Of a stretch of 64,000 nucleotides of DNA, positions 18,689 to 28,249 are shown one piece after another. The notes beneath the pieces are model-generated. The model ran no database searches. It was not told where the DNA came from and was given only the letters and a program-made list of their open reading frames with translations. Origin of the DNA: an uncultured Ectothiorhodospiraceae bacterium (lineage in GTDB: Bacteria; Pseudomonadota; Gammaproteobacteria; UBA9214); the NCBI GenBank assembly GCA_964564245.1, contig CAZMAK010000004.1:831-64830 (forward strand), read 5' to 3'. The position numbers and the translations under genes were made by a program. Position 1 is the stretch's first letter. Each line of letters opens with the position of its first letter.

Positions 18689-19033
18689 ATGACGGATTGC
18701 CTGTTCTGCAAGATGGTCGCCGGCGAGATCCGGCCGGACGTGGTGTACGAGGACGAGGAAGTGCTGGCCTTCCGTGATGTCAATCCGCAGGCTCCACTGC
18801 ACGTGCTGGTAATCCCGAAGCAGCACATCGCTACGACCAATGACCTGGATGCCGGCAATGCGCCGCTGGTGGGACGCATGCTGCTGGCCGCGCAGCAGGT
18901 TGCGGCCGAGGCCGGCATCGCCGAACGTGGTTACCGCACGGTACTGAACTGCAACCCGGAGGCGGGGCAGTCGGTGTATCACCTCCACCTGCACGTGCTG
19001 GGCGGACGCCCGATGCGCTGGCCACCGGGCTAG
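18689..19033 (+). CDS. hinT: HIT-family purine nucleoside phosphoramidase (HinT-like)
   Basis: MTDCLFCKMVAGEIRPD... and the histidine triad HLHLHVLGG. The track ORF starts upstream at 18482; trimmed to the ATG at 18689. Confidence 0.85.
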   Translation: MTDCLFCKMVAGEIRPDVVYEDEEVLAFRDVNPQAPLHVLVIPKQHIATTNDLDAGNAPLVGRMLLAAQQVAAEAGIAERGYRTVLNCNPEAGQSVYHLHLHVLGGRPMRWPPG

Positions 19034-19046
19034 TCGGGGATCCGTC

Positions 19047-19232
19047 ATGGCATACGCCGTTATCGCGATTGGCGTCGCGCTGGTCGCCGCCGTGTCGGCC
19101 CTCCTGCTGGTCCGCCGTCATGCGAACCTGCAGGAACGCGTGCTGAAAGCGGTGTTTTTCGGCCTGTATTTCTGGGGGCTGGTGTTCCTGCAACTGATTG
19201 TCGTCGCCCTCGTGTATGAACAGACAAGGTAA
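19047..19232 (+). CDS. Hypothetical small membrane protein (61 aa, two predicted TM helices)
   Basis: High third-position GC and GGGGA about 8 nt upstream of the ATG. Two hydrophobic stretches. No recognised family. Confidence 0.5.
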   Translation: MAYAVIAIGVALVAAVSALLLVRRHANLQERVLKAVFFGLYFWGLVFLQLIVVALVYEQTR

Positions 19233-19260
19233 GTATGCCTTCGCCTGCACAGGCAGGCTC

Positions 19261-20181
19261 CTACAGTAGCTGTTCCAGCAGGCGGCGGTAGCTCTCCATG
19301 CGCCGGGGGCTGATCTTTCCCTCTTCCCTGGCTGCAATGACCGCACAACCCGGCTCTCCGTGGTGCAGGCAATCCGAAAAGCGGCATTGACCCGTCCACG
19401 GGTGAAATTCACGGAAGCCCTCGCCAAGCACGCCCGGGCTCACCCGGCCAAGGTGAAAGTCGCGCACACCCGGTGAATCGATCAGGTGGCCGCCGCCGGG
19501 CAGGTGGTACAGCGTGGTGGCGGTGGTGGTGTGTTTGCCCTGGCCGGAGGCGGTGGACAGCCGGCCGATGGTGATGTCGAGCTCCGGCAGCAGGCGCTGG
19601 ATCAACGAGGACTTGCCGACCCCGGACTGGCCGACCAGGATGCTGGACCGGCCTGCCAGTTGCGCAACAAAGGCCTCGATGCCGGTGTTGTGCAGGGCGC
19701 TGGTGTACAGCCCGTGGTAACCGATGGCCTGATATTCCGACAGCAGGGCATCGAGGTCGGCACGCCGCTCCGCCGTCAGCAGGTCGGCCTTGTTGATGAG
19801 GATCAGCGGGGTGGTGCCGGCCAGTTCGGCGGCGATGGTGTACTTGTCGACCAGGAACCGGTCGAGCGCCGGTTCGATGGCCACTTCGATCACGACCTGG
19901 TCGATGTTGGCAGCCAGCGGCTTGACGTGGTTTTCGCCGACGGCGCGTGCCAGCAACGTGCGGCGGTCCCGGATCGACTCGACCACGCCTTCGCCGGGAC
20001 CGGTACGGCTCCAGTGCACCCGGTCACCGCAGACCGGGGCCCCGGCCTCGCGCCGCGTGACACAGCGGGTGAGAGTGCCGGCGCTGTCTTCCAGCAGCAG
20101 GTGTTTCCCGTAGTTGACGATGACCAGTCCAGAACCGGGGCCAGATCCCGTTTTCTGCTTATATTCCACTAGCGAGAGCAC
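19261..20181 (-). CDS. rsgA: Ribosome small-subunit-dependent GTPase A
   Basis: Circularly permuted GTPase motifs (NKADL ... GQSGVGKSSLI) and the C-terminal zinc knuckle CRFSDCLHHGEPGCAV. Confidence 0.9.
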   Translation of the reverse strand: MLSLVEYKQKTGSGPGSGLVIVNYGKHLLLEDSAGTLTRCVTRREAGAPVCGDRVHWSRTGPGEGVVESIRDRRTLLARAVGENHVKPLAANIDQVVIEVAIEPALDRFLVDKYTIAAELAGTTPLILINKADLLTAERRADLDALLSEYQAIGYHGLYTSALHNTGIEAFVAQLAGRSSILVGQSGVGKSSLIQRLLPELDITIGRLSTASGQGKHTTTATTLYHLPGGGHLIDSPGVRDFHLGRVSPGVLGEGFREFHPWTGQCRFSDCLHHGEPGCAVIAAREEGKISPRRMESYRRLLEQLL

Positions 20182-20250
20182 ACACGGGAACAGCCTGTGA
20201 ACGGTACAGGGGAATACAAGCGGAAAACGGGGTGTGACTCCGAATCAGCA

Positions 20251-20592
20251 TTACGACAACAGCGCGTCAACGCGTGCGGCACAGATGAAATCGTTCTCGG
20301 ACAGCCCGCCCACGCTGTGCGTGCTGAACCGTACCCGGCAATGCCGGTACCCGACCTCGAGGTCCGGGTGATGGTCCTCACTGTGGGCAATCCAGGCCAG
20401 CGCGTTCACGAACGCCATGGTCTGGTGAAAATTGTCAAAGCGGTAATCACGGTCGATGCCGTGTGCATCGGTATCCAGCTGCCAGTCCGGGTGCAGCTGG
20501 CCAAGCAGTGCAAGCGCATGCTCGCGCTCCAGTGGCGGGGTGCCGGGTGTGCAGGCAGTGCAGTGTCGCTGGTGCAGTGCCATCCCGTTCAT
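20251..20592 (-). CDS. phhB: Pterin-4-alpha-carbinolamine dehydratase (PCD/DCoH family)
   Basis: FVNALAWIAHSEDHHPDLEVGYRHCRVRFSTHSVGGLSENDF is the PCD signature. ATGA overlap with the upstream cytochrome gene. Confidence 0.85.
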   Translation of the reverse strand: MNGMALHQRHCTACTPGTPPLEREHALALLGQLHPDWQLDTDAHGIDRDYRFDNFHQTMAFVNALAWIAHSEDHHPDLEVGYRHCRVRFSTHSVGGLSENDFICAARVDALLS

Positions 20593-20873
20593 GGTTTGAA
20601 GTGGTAGAAATCCCGGTTCAGGTAGGCCGCGACATCATCGATGTCCTCGTCGAACCAGGTCAGGCCCAGTGTCTGTTCGCAGCGACGAACCTGCTTGTGC
20701 AACCCGTCCAGGCTGGTCACCTTGCGTGCCTTGCGCGTGTACATGCTGTTGTCGTGACAGCTCAGGCAGTGCTGTTGCTGCAGCTTCTGTCCGTGTGCCA
20801 CATCGGCGGCAACGGCTGTGTTGAACAGCAGGGCAGTGCAGACGGCAAGGAGGGGCAGGATCGTGGTCTTCAT
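20589..20873 (-). CDS. Small periplasmic monohaem cytochrome c (94 aa from MKTTIL)
   Basis: Signal peptide MKTTILPLLAVCTALLFNTAVAA and a single CLSCH motif. The track ORF extends to 20900, overlapping the upstream gene. Confidence 0.7.
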   Translation of the reverse strand: MKTTILPLLAVCTALLFNTAVAADVAHGQKLQQQHCLSCHDNSMYTRKARKVTSLDGLHKQVRRCEQTLGLTWFDEDIDDVAAYLNRDFYHFKP

Positions 20874-20896
20874 GAGAATGCACTCGTTTCGGGGGT

Positions 20897-22144
20897 TCAC
20901 GGGTTCATGGTAGCGTAGATGCGGGCGATTCGCACCGGGGCCGGTGGATGGGAGTCATGCCACGCGGAGTAGAGCGGGTCGGGTGTCAGCGTGCTGGCGT
21001 TCTCCCGGTACATCTTCACCAGCGCCTGTACCAGGTCGTTGCCGCTGGATTGCTGTACGGCGTAGGCATCGGCCTCGAATTCGTGCCGGCGTGACAGGCG
21101 CGACATCAGCGGCTGCAGGATGAAGGTGAACACCGGCAATACCAGCATGAACAGCAGCAGGGCCATCCAGCTCGAAGGCGTGTGGATGCCAAGGCTGTGG
21201 TAGAACCAGTCCTGGCCCGACAGCCAGCCGAGCAGTGCCAGTGCGGCCAGGCTCATCAGCAGGCCGGTCATCAGGCGCTTGCGGATGTGATGCAGCCGGA
21301 AATGCCCCAGCTCGTGTGCCAGCACCGCCTCGATCTCGACCGGTTCCAGTGATTCCAGCAGGGTGTCGAAGAACACGATGCGCTTGTTGTTGCCGAAACC
21401 GGTGAAGTAGGCGTTGCCGTGACCCGAACGCCGGGAACCGTCCATGACGAAGATGCCGCTGCTGCGGAAGCCGCACCTGTCCATCAGCGCCTGGATGCGC
21501 TGTTTCAGGCTTTCGTCCGTCAGTGGGCTGAAACGGTTGAACAGGGGAGCGATGAAGGCCGGCCAGGCCCAGGTCATCAGCAGGGTGAACGCGGTCCACA
21601 CGAGCCACACGTACAGCCACCACAATCCACCCGTGGCCTGCATGATCCACAGAGCCAGGGCGATCAGCGGGGTACCGATCACACCCAGCAGCAGGGCCTG
21701 CTTGAGCAGGTCGCTGACGAAGAGGCCGGGCGTGGAACGATTGAAGCCGAAACGCTGTTCCACCACGAAGGTATGGTAGAGGCTGAACGGCAGATCGAGC
21801 AGGGTGGACAGCACCAGGAAGGCCAGGATGACCGCAGTGCCCGTGATTACCGGCGGGTAACCGGCGCCGCGCACCAGGCCATCGAGCCATTCCAGTCCGC
21901 CGCCCAGCGTCCAGCCCAGCAGCAGGGCCGTGTCATACAGCAGTGCCAGCATGCCGGTCCGGGTGTTGGTCACCGTGTAGTCCGCGGCCTTGTGGTGTTC
22001 CTCGATGGCGACCCGGCCGGCAAACGAGTCCGGTACCTGCGCACGATGGCGGCTGACATGCGCGATATGACGCCGGGCCAGCCACAGGCGCAGGGTGACG
22101 GAGCCGGCCAGTGCGAGGAGGAAGAGCAGGGTAAATGCATGCAT
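20897..22144 (-). CDS. M48-family (Ste24/HtpX-like) integral-membrane zinc metalloprotease
   Basis: Multiple TM helices and the HELGHFRLHH zincin motif, with downstream E...D ligand region. Confidence 0.85.
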   Translation of the reverse strand: MHAFTLLFLLALAGSVTLRLWLARRHIAHVSRHRAQVPDSFAGRVAIEEHHKAADYTVTNTRTGMLALLYDTALLLGWTLGGGLEWLDGLVRGAGYPPVITGTAVILAFLVLSTLLDLPFSLYHTFVVEQRFGFNRSTPGLFVSDLLKQALLLGVIGTPLIALALWIMQATGGLWWLYVWLVWTAFTLLMTWAWPAFIAPLFNRFSPLTDESLKQRIQALMDRCGFRSSGIFVMDGSRRSGHGNAYFTGFGNNKRIVFFDTLLESLEPVEIEAVLAHELGHFRLHHIRKRLMTGLLMSLAALALLGWLSGQDWFYHSLGIHTPSSWMALLLFMLVLPVFTFILQPLMSRLSRRHEFEADAYAVQQSSGNDLVQALVKMYRENASTLTPDPLYSAWHDSHPPAPVRIARIYATMNP

Positions 22145-22225
22145 CTTGTAGGTTCCGGTTCGCGGTTAATCGCAGATTAGCCTCTGCTACAATGCGGCTC
22201 AACCCCTGATTCTGGAAGGAACCCC

Positions 22226-22768
22226 ATGGCGCAAGACGCAGGCAATCTGATCTGGATCGATCTGGAGATGACCGGGCTGGACACCGGCCGGGATTACATT
22301 ATCGAGATCGCCACCATTGTAACCGACAGCCAGCTGAACATTCTTGCCGAAGGGCCGGTGCTGGCCATCCACCAGCCGGACGAGGTCCTCGACGGGATGG
22401 ACGACTGGAATACGCGACAGCACGGAAATTCCGGGCTGACCGGGCGGGTGCGCAACAGCACACTGAATGAGCTACAGGCCGAACAGCAGACCATCGACTT
22501 TCTCGCGGAATACGTTCCACCCAACACCTCGCCCATGTGCGGTAACAGCATCTGCCAGGACCGCCGTTTTCTGGCCCGCTGCATGCCCGGTCTGGAACGC
22601 TACTTTCACTACCGGAACCTGGACGTCAGCACCCTCAAGGAGCTGGCCATGCGCTGGGCGCCCACCGTGGCGCAGGGCTTCAAGAAGGGTGGCACGCACC
22701 TTGCGCTGGATGATACCCGCGATTCCATTCGCGAGCTGAGGTATTACCGCGAGCACCTGTTCCGGTAA
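22226..22768 (+). CDS. orn: Oligoribonuclease
   Basis: [13 protein letters not shown]... DEDDh exonuclease motifs; close resemblance to E. coli Orn. Confidence 0.9.
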   Translation: MAQDAGNLIWIDLEMTGLDTGRDYIIEIATIVTDSQLNILAEGPVLAIHQPDEVLDGMDDWNTRQHGNSGLTGRVRNSTLNELQAEQQTIDFLAEYVPPNTSPMCGNSICQDRRFLARCMPGLERYFHYRNLDVSTLKELAMRWAPTVAQGFKKGGTHLALDDTRDSIRELRYYREHLFR

Positions 22769-22854
22769 CGTGCGAACGCGCGATTGCAGGGTGTGCACGC
22801 GGTGCACCCTGCGCGGCGGTCCGGAACGGCCATTCGACTGATGCGCGGACCGCG

Positions 22855-22873
22855 TCCGCGCCTGCGGATTTTT
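22855..22873 (+). terminator. Candidate intrinsic terminator (TCCGC-gcct-GCGGA followed by TTTTT)
   Basis: Short GC stem followed by five T, in the convergent gap between orn and the rhodanese gene. A larger GC hairpin lies upstream (about 22785-22811). Confidence 0.4.
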
Positions 22874-22888
22874 CTGCCAGGGCGTGAT

Positions 22889-23698
22889 TCACTCCACCGG
22901 CAATGCCGGGTTGTTGCCCCAGTCCGACCAGGAGCCGGGGTACCCCTTGACGTCGGGATAGCCCAGGTAGCTCAGCACGAACCAGGTGTGCGCGGAGCGG
23001 TGGTGGCTCTGGCAGTAACAGACCACCTGGCGATCCGGCGTGGCACCGACTCCCTGCAGGAGGGCATGCAGTGTTGCGTCGGGCTTGAGCCGCAGATTGC
23101 GGCTGGTGTCGATGTTCTGTGTCCATTCCAGGTTGACTGCGCCGGGGATATGCCCGGCACGCCCGGCCAGTTTCTTCACGCCCATGTATTCGTCCGGACT
23201 GCGCACGTCCAGCAGGCAGTGGCTGCTGTCGTGCAGACGCCCGAGGATGTAGTCACTGCGTGCGATCGGCGTTTCGTCATGCCGGACGGTGAAGCTGCGC
23301 GGTTGTGGTGCCACCACATCGCTCTCGAAACGGTATCCCTCGTTGGCCCAGGCGTGCAGGCCGCCGTTGAGCAGCGAGTAGCGGGTATGGCCGGCCGTTG
23401 CCAGGGTCCACAGCAGGCGTGACGCACGGCCGCCGCCTTCATCGTCGTAGGCCACCACGTGGGTGTCGCTGTCGATGCCGGTCGCGCTGAACAGGGCACC
23501 CAGGGTCTGGTCATCCGGCAGCAGTCCCGCCACCGGTTTGTTCGCTGCCACGATCTGCGCGTAGTCCAGGTGCACCGCGCCGGGTACATGCAGCTTGCGG
23601 TAATTGTCCACCTTACTCAGGTCGATAATGAGGAGGTTTTCATTACCCAATGATTTATCAAGAGAATCTGGCTCAACCAGTAATGGTAATCCGGACAT
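22889..23698 (-). CDS. Two-domain rhodanese / thiosulfate sulfurtransferase (RhdA-like active-site loop)
   Basis: Tandem rhodanese domains. The catalytic loop CYCQSHHRS resembles Azotobacter RhdA (CQTHHRS). I chose the ATG at 23698 (MSGLPLL); the 448-aa track ORF reads through into the glcF antisense region. Confidence 0.85.
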   Translation of the reverse strand: MSGLPLLVEPDSLDKSLGNENLLIIDLSKVDNYRKLHVPGAVHLDYAQIVAANKPVAGLLPDDQTLGALFSATGIDSDTHVVAYDDEGGGRASRLLWTLATAGHTRYSLLNGGLHAWANEGYRFESDVVAPQPRSFTVRHDETPIARSDYILGRLHDSSHCLLDVRSPDEYMGVKKLAGRAGHIPGAVNLEWTQNIDTSRNLRLKPDATLHALLQGVGATPDRQVVCYCQSHHRSAHTWFVLSYLGYPDVKGYPGSWSDWGNNPALPVE

Positions 23699-23700
23699 TT

Positions 23701-24933
23701 TCAGGCAGTCTCCCCAGGCAGTAATGCACACAGTAACTGTACCCAGTGTTGCACCGGAACGGTGGCGTGAGCAGCCATGTGCGCCAGGCAGCCGATATTG
23801 GCGGTGGCGATGCACTGCGGCGCATCCGCCTGCAGGGCGGCCAGCTTGTTGTCTCGCAGCGTGCTGGCAAGTTTGCCCTGCAGGATGGAATAGGTGCCTG
23901 CCGAACCACAGCACAGATGGGCATCCGCCACGGTGGCCAGCCGGAATCCGCATTGCTGCAACAGGTTTTCCACGACGCCGGACAGCCGTTGTGCGTGCTG
24001 CAGGGTACACGGTGAGTGAAACGCGACGCGGGTGGCCGGCGCCTGTGGCAGGGCAAGCCAGGGTTGCTCGGCCACGACGACCTCGGAGAGATCGCGCGCC
24101 AGCGTACTGACCCGTGCGGCCCGTTCGGCGTAGGCGGGATCGTCCGCCAGCAGGCGTCCGTAGTCCTTGACCATCGGTGCACAGCCACTGGCGGTCACCA
24201 CGATGGCCTCGACACCACGTTCGATGTGTGGCCACCAGACATCGATGTTACGGCGCATGAACGCCTTTGCCTCGCCGCCGGCGCCGAGGTGATGGCTGAG
24301 TGCACCGCAACAGCCGTCAGCGGTTTCCGGCACTACACGGATCCCGAGGGCATCAAGCAGTTTCTCCGCAGCCAGGTTGATTTGCGGAGCCAGAGCCGGC
24401 TGCACACAGCCATTCAGCATCAGTACCGAACGTGCGTGTACCGTGCCGGGACGAAACGGTTTGCGGCGTTGCCGGGCCGGAATCCTTGCCTGCACGGTGG
24501 CAGGCAGGAGCGGTCGCAGCAGCTGCCCGGCGTGCAACAACAGGGCAAAACGGGTACGGAACGCCAGCGTCCTGCGCAGCAGCCAGCGCAGGGCCCGTTC
24601 CTGCACGGGGCGGGCTACGGCCTGTTCGGTCAGTGCGCGGCCGGTGTCGAGCAACCGGTGATAATCGACGCCGGACGGGCAGGTGGTCTCGCAGGCGCGG
24701 CAGGTCAGGCAGCGGTCCAGGTGCAGCCGGGTCCTGGCCGTTGGCGGGATGCCTTCCAGCGCCTGCTTGATAAGGTAGATGCGACCACGCGGCCCGTCCA
24801 GTTCATCGCCGGTCAGCTGGTAGGTCGGGCAGGTGGCGTTGCAGAAACCGCAGTGCACGCAGTTGCGCAGGATCTCGTCGGCCTGTTTGCCCTCTGTGGT
24901 CTGTAACAGCGATGGACGGAGTGCGGTCTGCAT
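23701..24933 (-). CDS. glcF: Glycolate oxidase iron-sulfur subunit
   Basis: Two 4Fe-4S motifs (CVHCGFCNATCP, CLTCRACETTCP) plus two CCG domains. Start at MQTALRP, 2 nt after the glcE stop. Confidence 0.85.
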   Translation of the reverse strand: MQTALRPSLLQTTEGKQADEILRNCVHCGFCNATCPTYQLTGDELDGPRGRIYLIKQALEGIPPTARTRLHLDRCLTCRACETTCPSGVDYHRLLDTGRALTEQAVARPVQERALRWLLRRTLAFRTRFALLLHAGQLLRPLLPATVQARIPARQRRKPFRPGTVHARSVLMLNGCVQPALAPQINLAAEKLLDALGIRVVPETADGCCGALSHHLGAGGEAKAFMRRNIDVWWPHIERGVEAIVVTASGCAPMVKDYGRLLADDPAYAERAARVSTLARDLSEVVVAEQPWLALPQAPATRVAFHSPCTLQHAQRLSGVVENLLQQCGFRLATVADAHLCCGSAGTYSILQGKLASTLRDNKLAALQADAPQCIATANIGCLAHMAAHATVPVQHWVQLLCALLPGETA

Positions 24934-24935
24934 GA

Positions 24936-25991
24936 TCAGAGTCCCGGGTACATACGTCCGGGGTTGAGTATGCCGGCCGGATCGAAGGATTGTTTCAGGC
25001 GTTGATGCAGTGACCACAGGGCCGCCGGCAGCGGGTGGAAGACCTCACCGGTGCGATCGCCGTGGCGGAACAGGGTGGCGTGACCGCCGGCCAGCACCGC
25101 GGCCTGGCGTACCTCGTCCGCACTGACCGGCCCGGTCAGCCAGCGCTGTGCGCCAGCCCACTCGTACAGCCAGTTGCCTTCCAGCGGTATGGGCGGGGTG
25201 GCCGGTGCCACCGAGATGCGCCAGAGCGGCTGTCCGGTGTCGAAAAAGGGCAGTTCCTGTTCGCGCAGTCGCAACCAGAACCGGTTACTTTCATCGAAGA
25301 CCTCGCCACCGATACGATGTGCGGCCGCCGCCACCCCGGGTCCGGTGCCGGACAGGCGCAGCATCATCTGGCCGTCCAGGTAACAGGAACCACTGATCGG
25401 CAGGGCCTGCCGGATCCATTCATTGGTGTGGCGGATACATTCCGCCGGGCTGCACTCCACGTACAGGGTGAGTTCCCGCTGTGGTGCAGGCAGGACCTTG
25501 AGGTGGACCTCGAGCAGCACGGCCAGCGTGCCGAGTGAACCGGTCAGCAGTCGCGACACATCATAGCCCGCCACGTTCTTCATGACCTGCCCGCCGAAGC
25601 GCAGGTACTCACCCTTGCCGTTGATACAGTTGACGCCAAGCACGAAGTCGCGCGCGGCTCCCGCACAGGGGCGGCGTGGTCCCGACAGCCCGCTGGCAAT
25701 GGCACCGCCAAGGGTGGCGCGATCGGTAAAGTGCGGCGGCTCGAAGGCCAGCATCTGTCCGTGTTCGGCAAGCGCTGCCTCGATTTCCGCCAGCGGGGTA
25801 CCGGCACGTGCCGAGACCACCAGTTCCGAAGGGGTGTAGGCGGTAATGCCGCGGTGTGGTGCGAGCGGCAACGGCGTGCCGTTGACCACACGCCCGTAGA
25901 ACGTCTTGCTGCCGCCCCCTTCGATACGCAGCGGTTGCCGCTCGCCGGCGGCGTCGCGTACCTGTTCGATCAGGCTCGCCTGCAGATCCAT
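24936..25991 (-). CDS. glcE: Glycolate oxidase FAD-binding subunit
   Basis: FAD-binding PCMH-type domain (PLRIEGGGSKTFYG); position between glcD and glcF. Confidence 0.85.
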   Translation of the reverse strand: MDLQASLIEQVRDAAGERQPLRIEGGGSKTFYGRVVNGTPLPLAPHRGITAYTPSELVVSARAGTPLAEIEAALAEHGQMLAFEPPHFTDRATLGGAIASGLSGPRRPCAGAARDFVLGVNCINGKGEYLRFGGQVMKNVAGYDVSRLLTGSLGTLAVLLEVHLKVLPAPQRELTLYVECSPAECIRHTNEWIRQALPISGSCYLDGQMMLRLSGTGPGVAAAAHRIGGEVFDESNRFWLRLREQELPFFDTGQPLWRISVAPATPPIPLEGNWLYEWAGAQRWLTGPVSADEVRQAAVLAGGHATLFRHGDRTGEVFHPLPAALWSLHQRLKQSFDPAGILNPGRMYPGL

Positions 25992-25998
25992 TATGCGG

Positions 25999-27453
25999 TC
26001 AGTACCGTTCCAGTTCCGGGTGTGGCAGCCGGCCGTGATGCACGTGCATGGCGCCGAATTCGGCACAGCGGTGCAGGGTGGGGATGGCCTTGCCCGGATT
26101 CAGCAGCTCGCCCGGATCGAACGCGTGCTTGATGGCGTGAAACTGTTCCAGTTCCGCGCTGTTGAATTGCACGCACATCTGGTTGATCTTCTCCAGGCCG
26201 ACTCCGTGTTCGCCGGTGATGGTGCCACCCACCTCGACACACAGTTCCAGAATGCGGCCGCCCAGTTCCTCGGTGCGTTCCAGTTCACCCGGCTGGTTGG
26301 CATCGTACAGGATGAGCGGGTGCAGGTTGCCGTCGCCGGCGTGGAACACGTTGCAGATCGGCAGGCCGTATTCCTTCGACAGCTGTCCGATCTCGTTCAG
26401 TACGTGCGCCAGGTGCCTGCGCGGGATGGTGCCGTCCATGCAGTAGTAGTCCGGAGACAGGCGACCCATGGCCGGGAACGCGGCCTTGCGTCCGGCCCAG
26501 AAGCGCAGCCGCTCGGCCTCGTTGCCGGATACCTGCATCGAAGTGCTGCCCGCGTTGCGGAACACCGCGCAGACCTGTTCGATCTGCGCGGTCACGTCTT
26601 CCGGTTCGCCGTCCAGTTCGCACAGCAGGATCGCGGCGGCATCCGCCGGGTAGCCCGTGTCCATGAAGCGCGCCACGGCCCGGATTGCCGGGTTGTCGAG
26701 CAGTTCCAGGCCGGCCGGCACGATGCCGCTGGCGATCACGGCGGTGACGGCAGCACCCGCTGCTTCCACCGAGGCAAAGGCGGCCATGACCACCTGCGCG
26801 GCATGCGGGCGTGGCAGCAGCTTCACGGTGACCTCGGTGATGATGCCCAGCAGTCCCTCGGAACCGGTCAGCAGGGCCAGCAGGTCATAGCCGGGGGCAT
26901 CGAGTGCCGCGCCGCCCAGACGGAGGCTTTCCCCTTCCATGGTGAGCAGCTCCAGCGCCTGGATGTTGTGCGTGGTGAGACCATACTTCAGGCAGTGTAC
27001 ACCGCCGGCATTCTCCGCGACATTACCGCCGATCGAGCAGGCAATCTGCGAGGACGGGTCCGGCGCGTAGTACAGACCATAGGGCTCGGCGGCTTTCGAG
27101 ATCGCCAGGTTGGTCACTCCCGGCTGCACGCGCGCGACACGGTTGGCGCTGTCGATCCCGAGGATACGGTTGAAACGTGCCAGGCTCAGGATGATACCGT
27201 TGGCCAGCGGCATGGCACCGCCGGACAGCCCGGTACCCGAACCGCGCGCCACCACCGGTACCCGGTGCTCGGTACAGGCGGCCAGTGTCGCGCGTACCTG
27301 CCCGGCGGTTTCAGGTATGACCACGGCCAGCGGCAGCTGGCGGTACGCGGACAGTGCGTCACATTCATAGGGGCGCAGGTCTTCCGGTTCGAACAGCACA
27401 CAGGCGTCGGTCAGTTGCCGGCGCAATTCGGTTATGATCGGGTGTCGAGACAT
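25999..27453 (-). CDS. glcD: Glycolate oxidase subunit GlcD (FAD-linked oxidase)
   Basis: VVARGSGTGLSGGA FAD motif and the C-terminal FAD-oxidase domain, 484 aa. Confidence 0.9.
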   Translation of the reverse strand: MSRHPIITELRRQLTDACVLFEPEDLRPYECDALSAYRQLPLAVVIPETAGQVRATLAACTEHRVPVVARGSGTGLSGGAMPLANGIILSLARFNRILGIDSANRVARVQPGVTNLAISKAAEPYGLYYAPDPSSQIACSIGGNVAENAGGVHCLKYGLTTHNIQALELLTMEGESLRLGGAALDAPGYDLLALLTGSEGLLGIITEVTVKLLPRPHAAQVVMAAFASVEAAGAAVTAVIASGIVPAGLELLDNPAIRAVARFMDTGYPADAAAILLCELDGEPEDVTAQIEQVCAVFRNAGSTSMQVSGNEAERLRFWAGRKAAFPAMGRLSPDYYCMDGTIPRRHLAHVLNEIGQLSKEYGLPICNVFHAGDGNLHPLILYDANQPGELERTEELGGRILELCVEVGGTITGEHGVGLEKINQMCVQFNSAELEQFHAIKHAFDPGELLNPGKAIPTLHRCAEFGAMHVHHGRLPHPELERY

Positions 27454-27530
27454 GATCGCGTTATGATGTCAAGCGTTGACGGGTCATCAAGTAATGTTGA
27501 TTATCGCCGATACTGCTGCAAAACGCAGTA

Positions 27531-28109
27531 TTGATGAAACCTCGTGCAGGCAACACAACCACGCGTCCGGATATTGATGCAGACATGCAGTGTACCGTCA
27601 GACATTTTCTTCACAATGGTATCCCGGCGAAAAACTTCGCCGGCCTGATGGAGCTGTACGAATGCATCTATATCCGGTTGCGCAACCTGCTGCCGGATGT
27701 CGATGCCATGCCCGATTGCGTGATATCCCGCGTGGATGGTGTGCTTGATTTGCATCTGCACATCATCGAACGCAGCCGTTTCACTACCACGCTGGGCCTG
27801 ACCTATGTCTTTCACGATCGGGAAGGTGATTTCCCGGCACCTGACATGCTGGTACGTTTGTACCACGATGCCCAGGTCGGCGAAGTGATTTCCTGTGGCC
27901 GCCGCCGCGGCCGGCGTCATGCGCTGTATAACCGTCGCTTCCATCGCTACTCGCTCGAGCAGAAATGGCGCATGAACCGCTTTCTGCAGAAATGGCTGGG
28001 CTACTGTCTGTTGCAGGGGCACCGGTTCGTTCCGGACCGTGTCCTGTTGCCGGAACCCGTAGCGGCCGGTGATGACTGGCAGGAAACCCCGCTCGGCCTG
28101 GAATCCTGA
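27531..28109 (+). CDS. DUF1249 (YqiB-like) family protein
   Basis: VRLYHDAQVGEV and NRFLQKWLGYCLLQGH match motifs of E. coli YqiB. The start codon is uncertain. Confidence 0.7.
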   Translation: MMKPRAGNTTTRPDIDADMQCTVRHFLHNGIPAKNFAGLMELYECIYIRLRNLLPDVDAMPDCVISRVDGVLDLHLHIIERSRFTTTLGLTYVFHDREGDFPAPDMLVRLYHDAQVGEVISCGRRRGRRHALYNRRFHRYSLEQKWRMNRFLQKWLGYCLLQGHRFVPDRVLLPEPVAAGDDWQETPLGLES

Positions 28110-28181
28110 GCCGCCGGCACTCGTATATCCCCATCGTGATATTCTTCTGCCCTTGCAAGCCGCGCTGTACGACCGCATACT

Positions 28182-28206
28182 ATTCCTGACTAAATTACTT
28201 GGTTAT
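28182..28206. promoter_or_regulatory. Candidate IscR type-1 operator
   Basis: ATTCCTGACTAAATTACTTGGTTAT matches the type-1 consensus ATASYYGACTRWWWYAGTCRRSTAT at 21 of 25 positions. It ends 44 nt upstream of the iscR start. Confidence 0.5.
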
Positions 28207-28249
28207 TAGGTTGCCAGCCTCCAGGCAGGTTGACGGCCGGGAATATTCG

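Noticed and set aside
22889-24235. 448-aa version of the rhodanese ORF, and other N-terminally extended track ORFs (40745..41863, 48759..50015, 54635..56599, 17370..17954, 18482..19033)
   Set aside because: The extensions overlap upstream genes and are compositionally aberrant. Internal starts align with known orthologue N-termini and with RBS-like sequences.
25906-27534. 542-aa plus-strand ORF opposite glcD
   Set aside because: It is antisense to a clearly recognisable FAD-linked oxidase gene and has no motifs.
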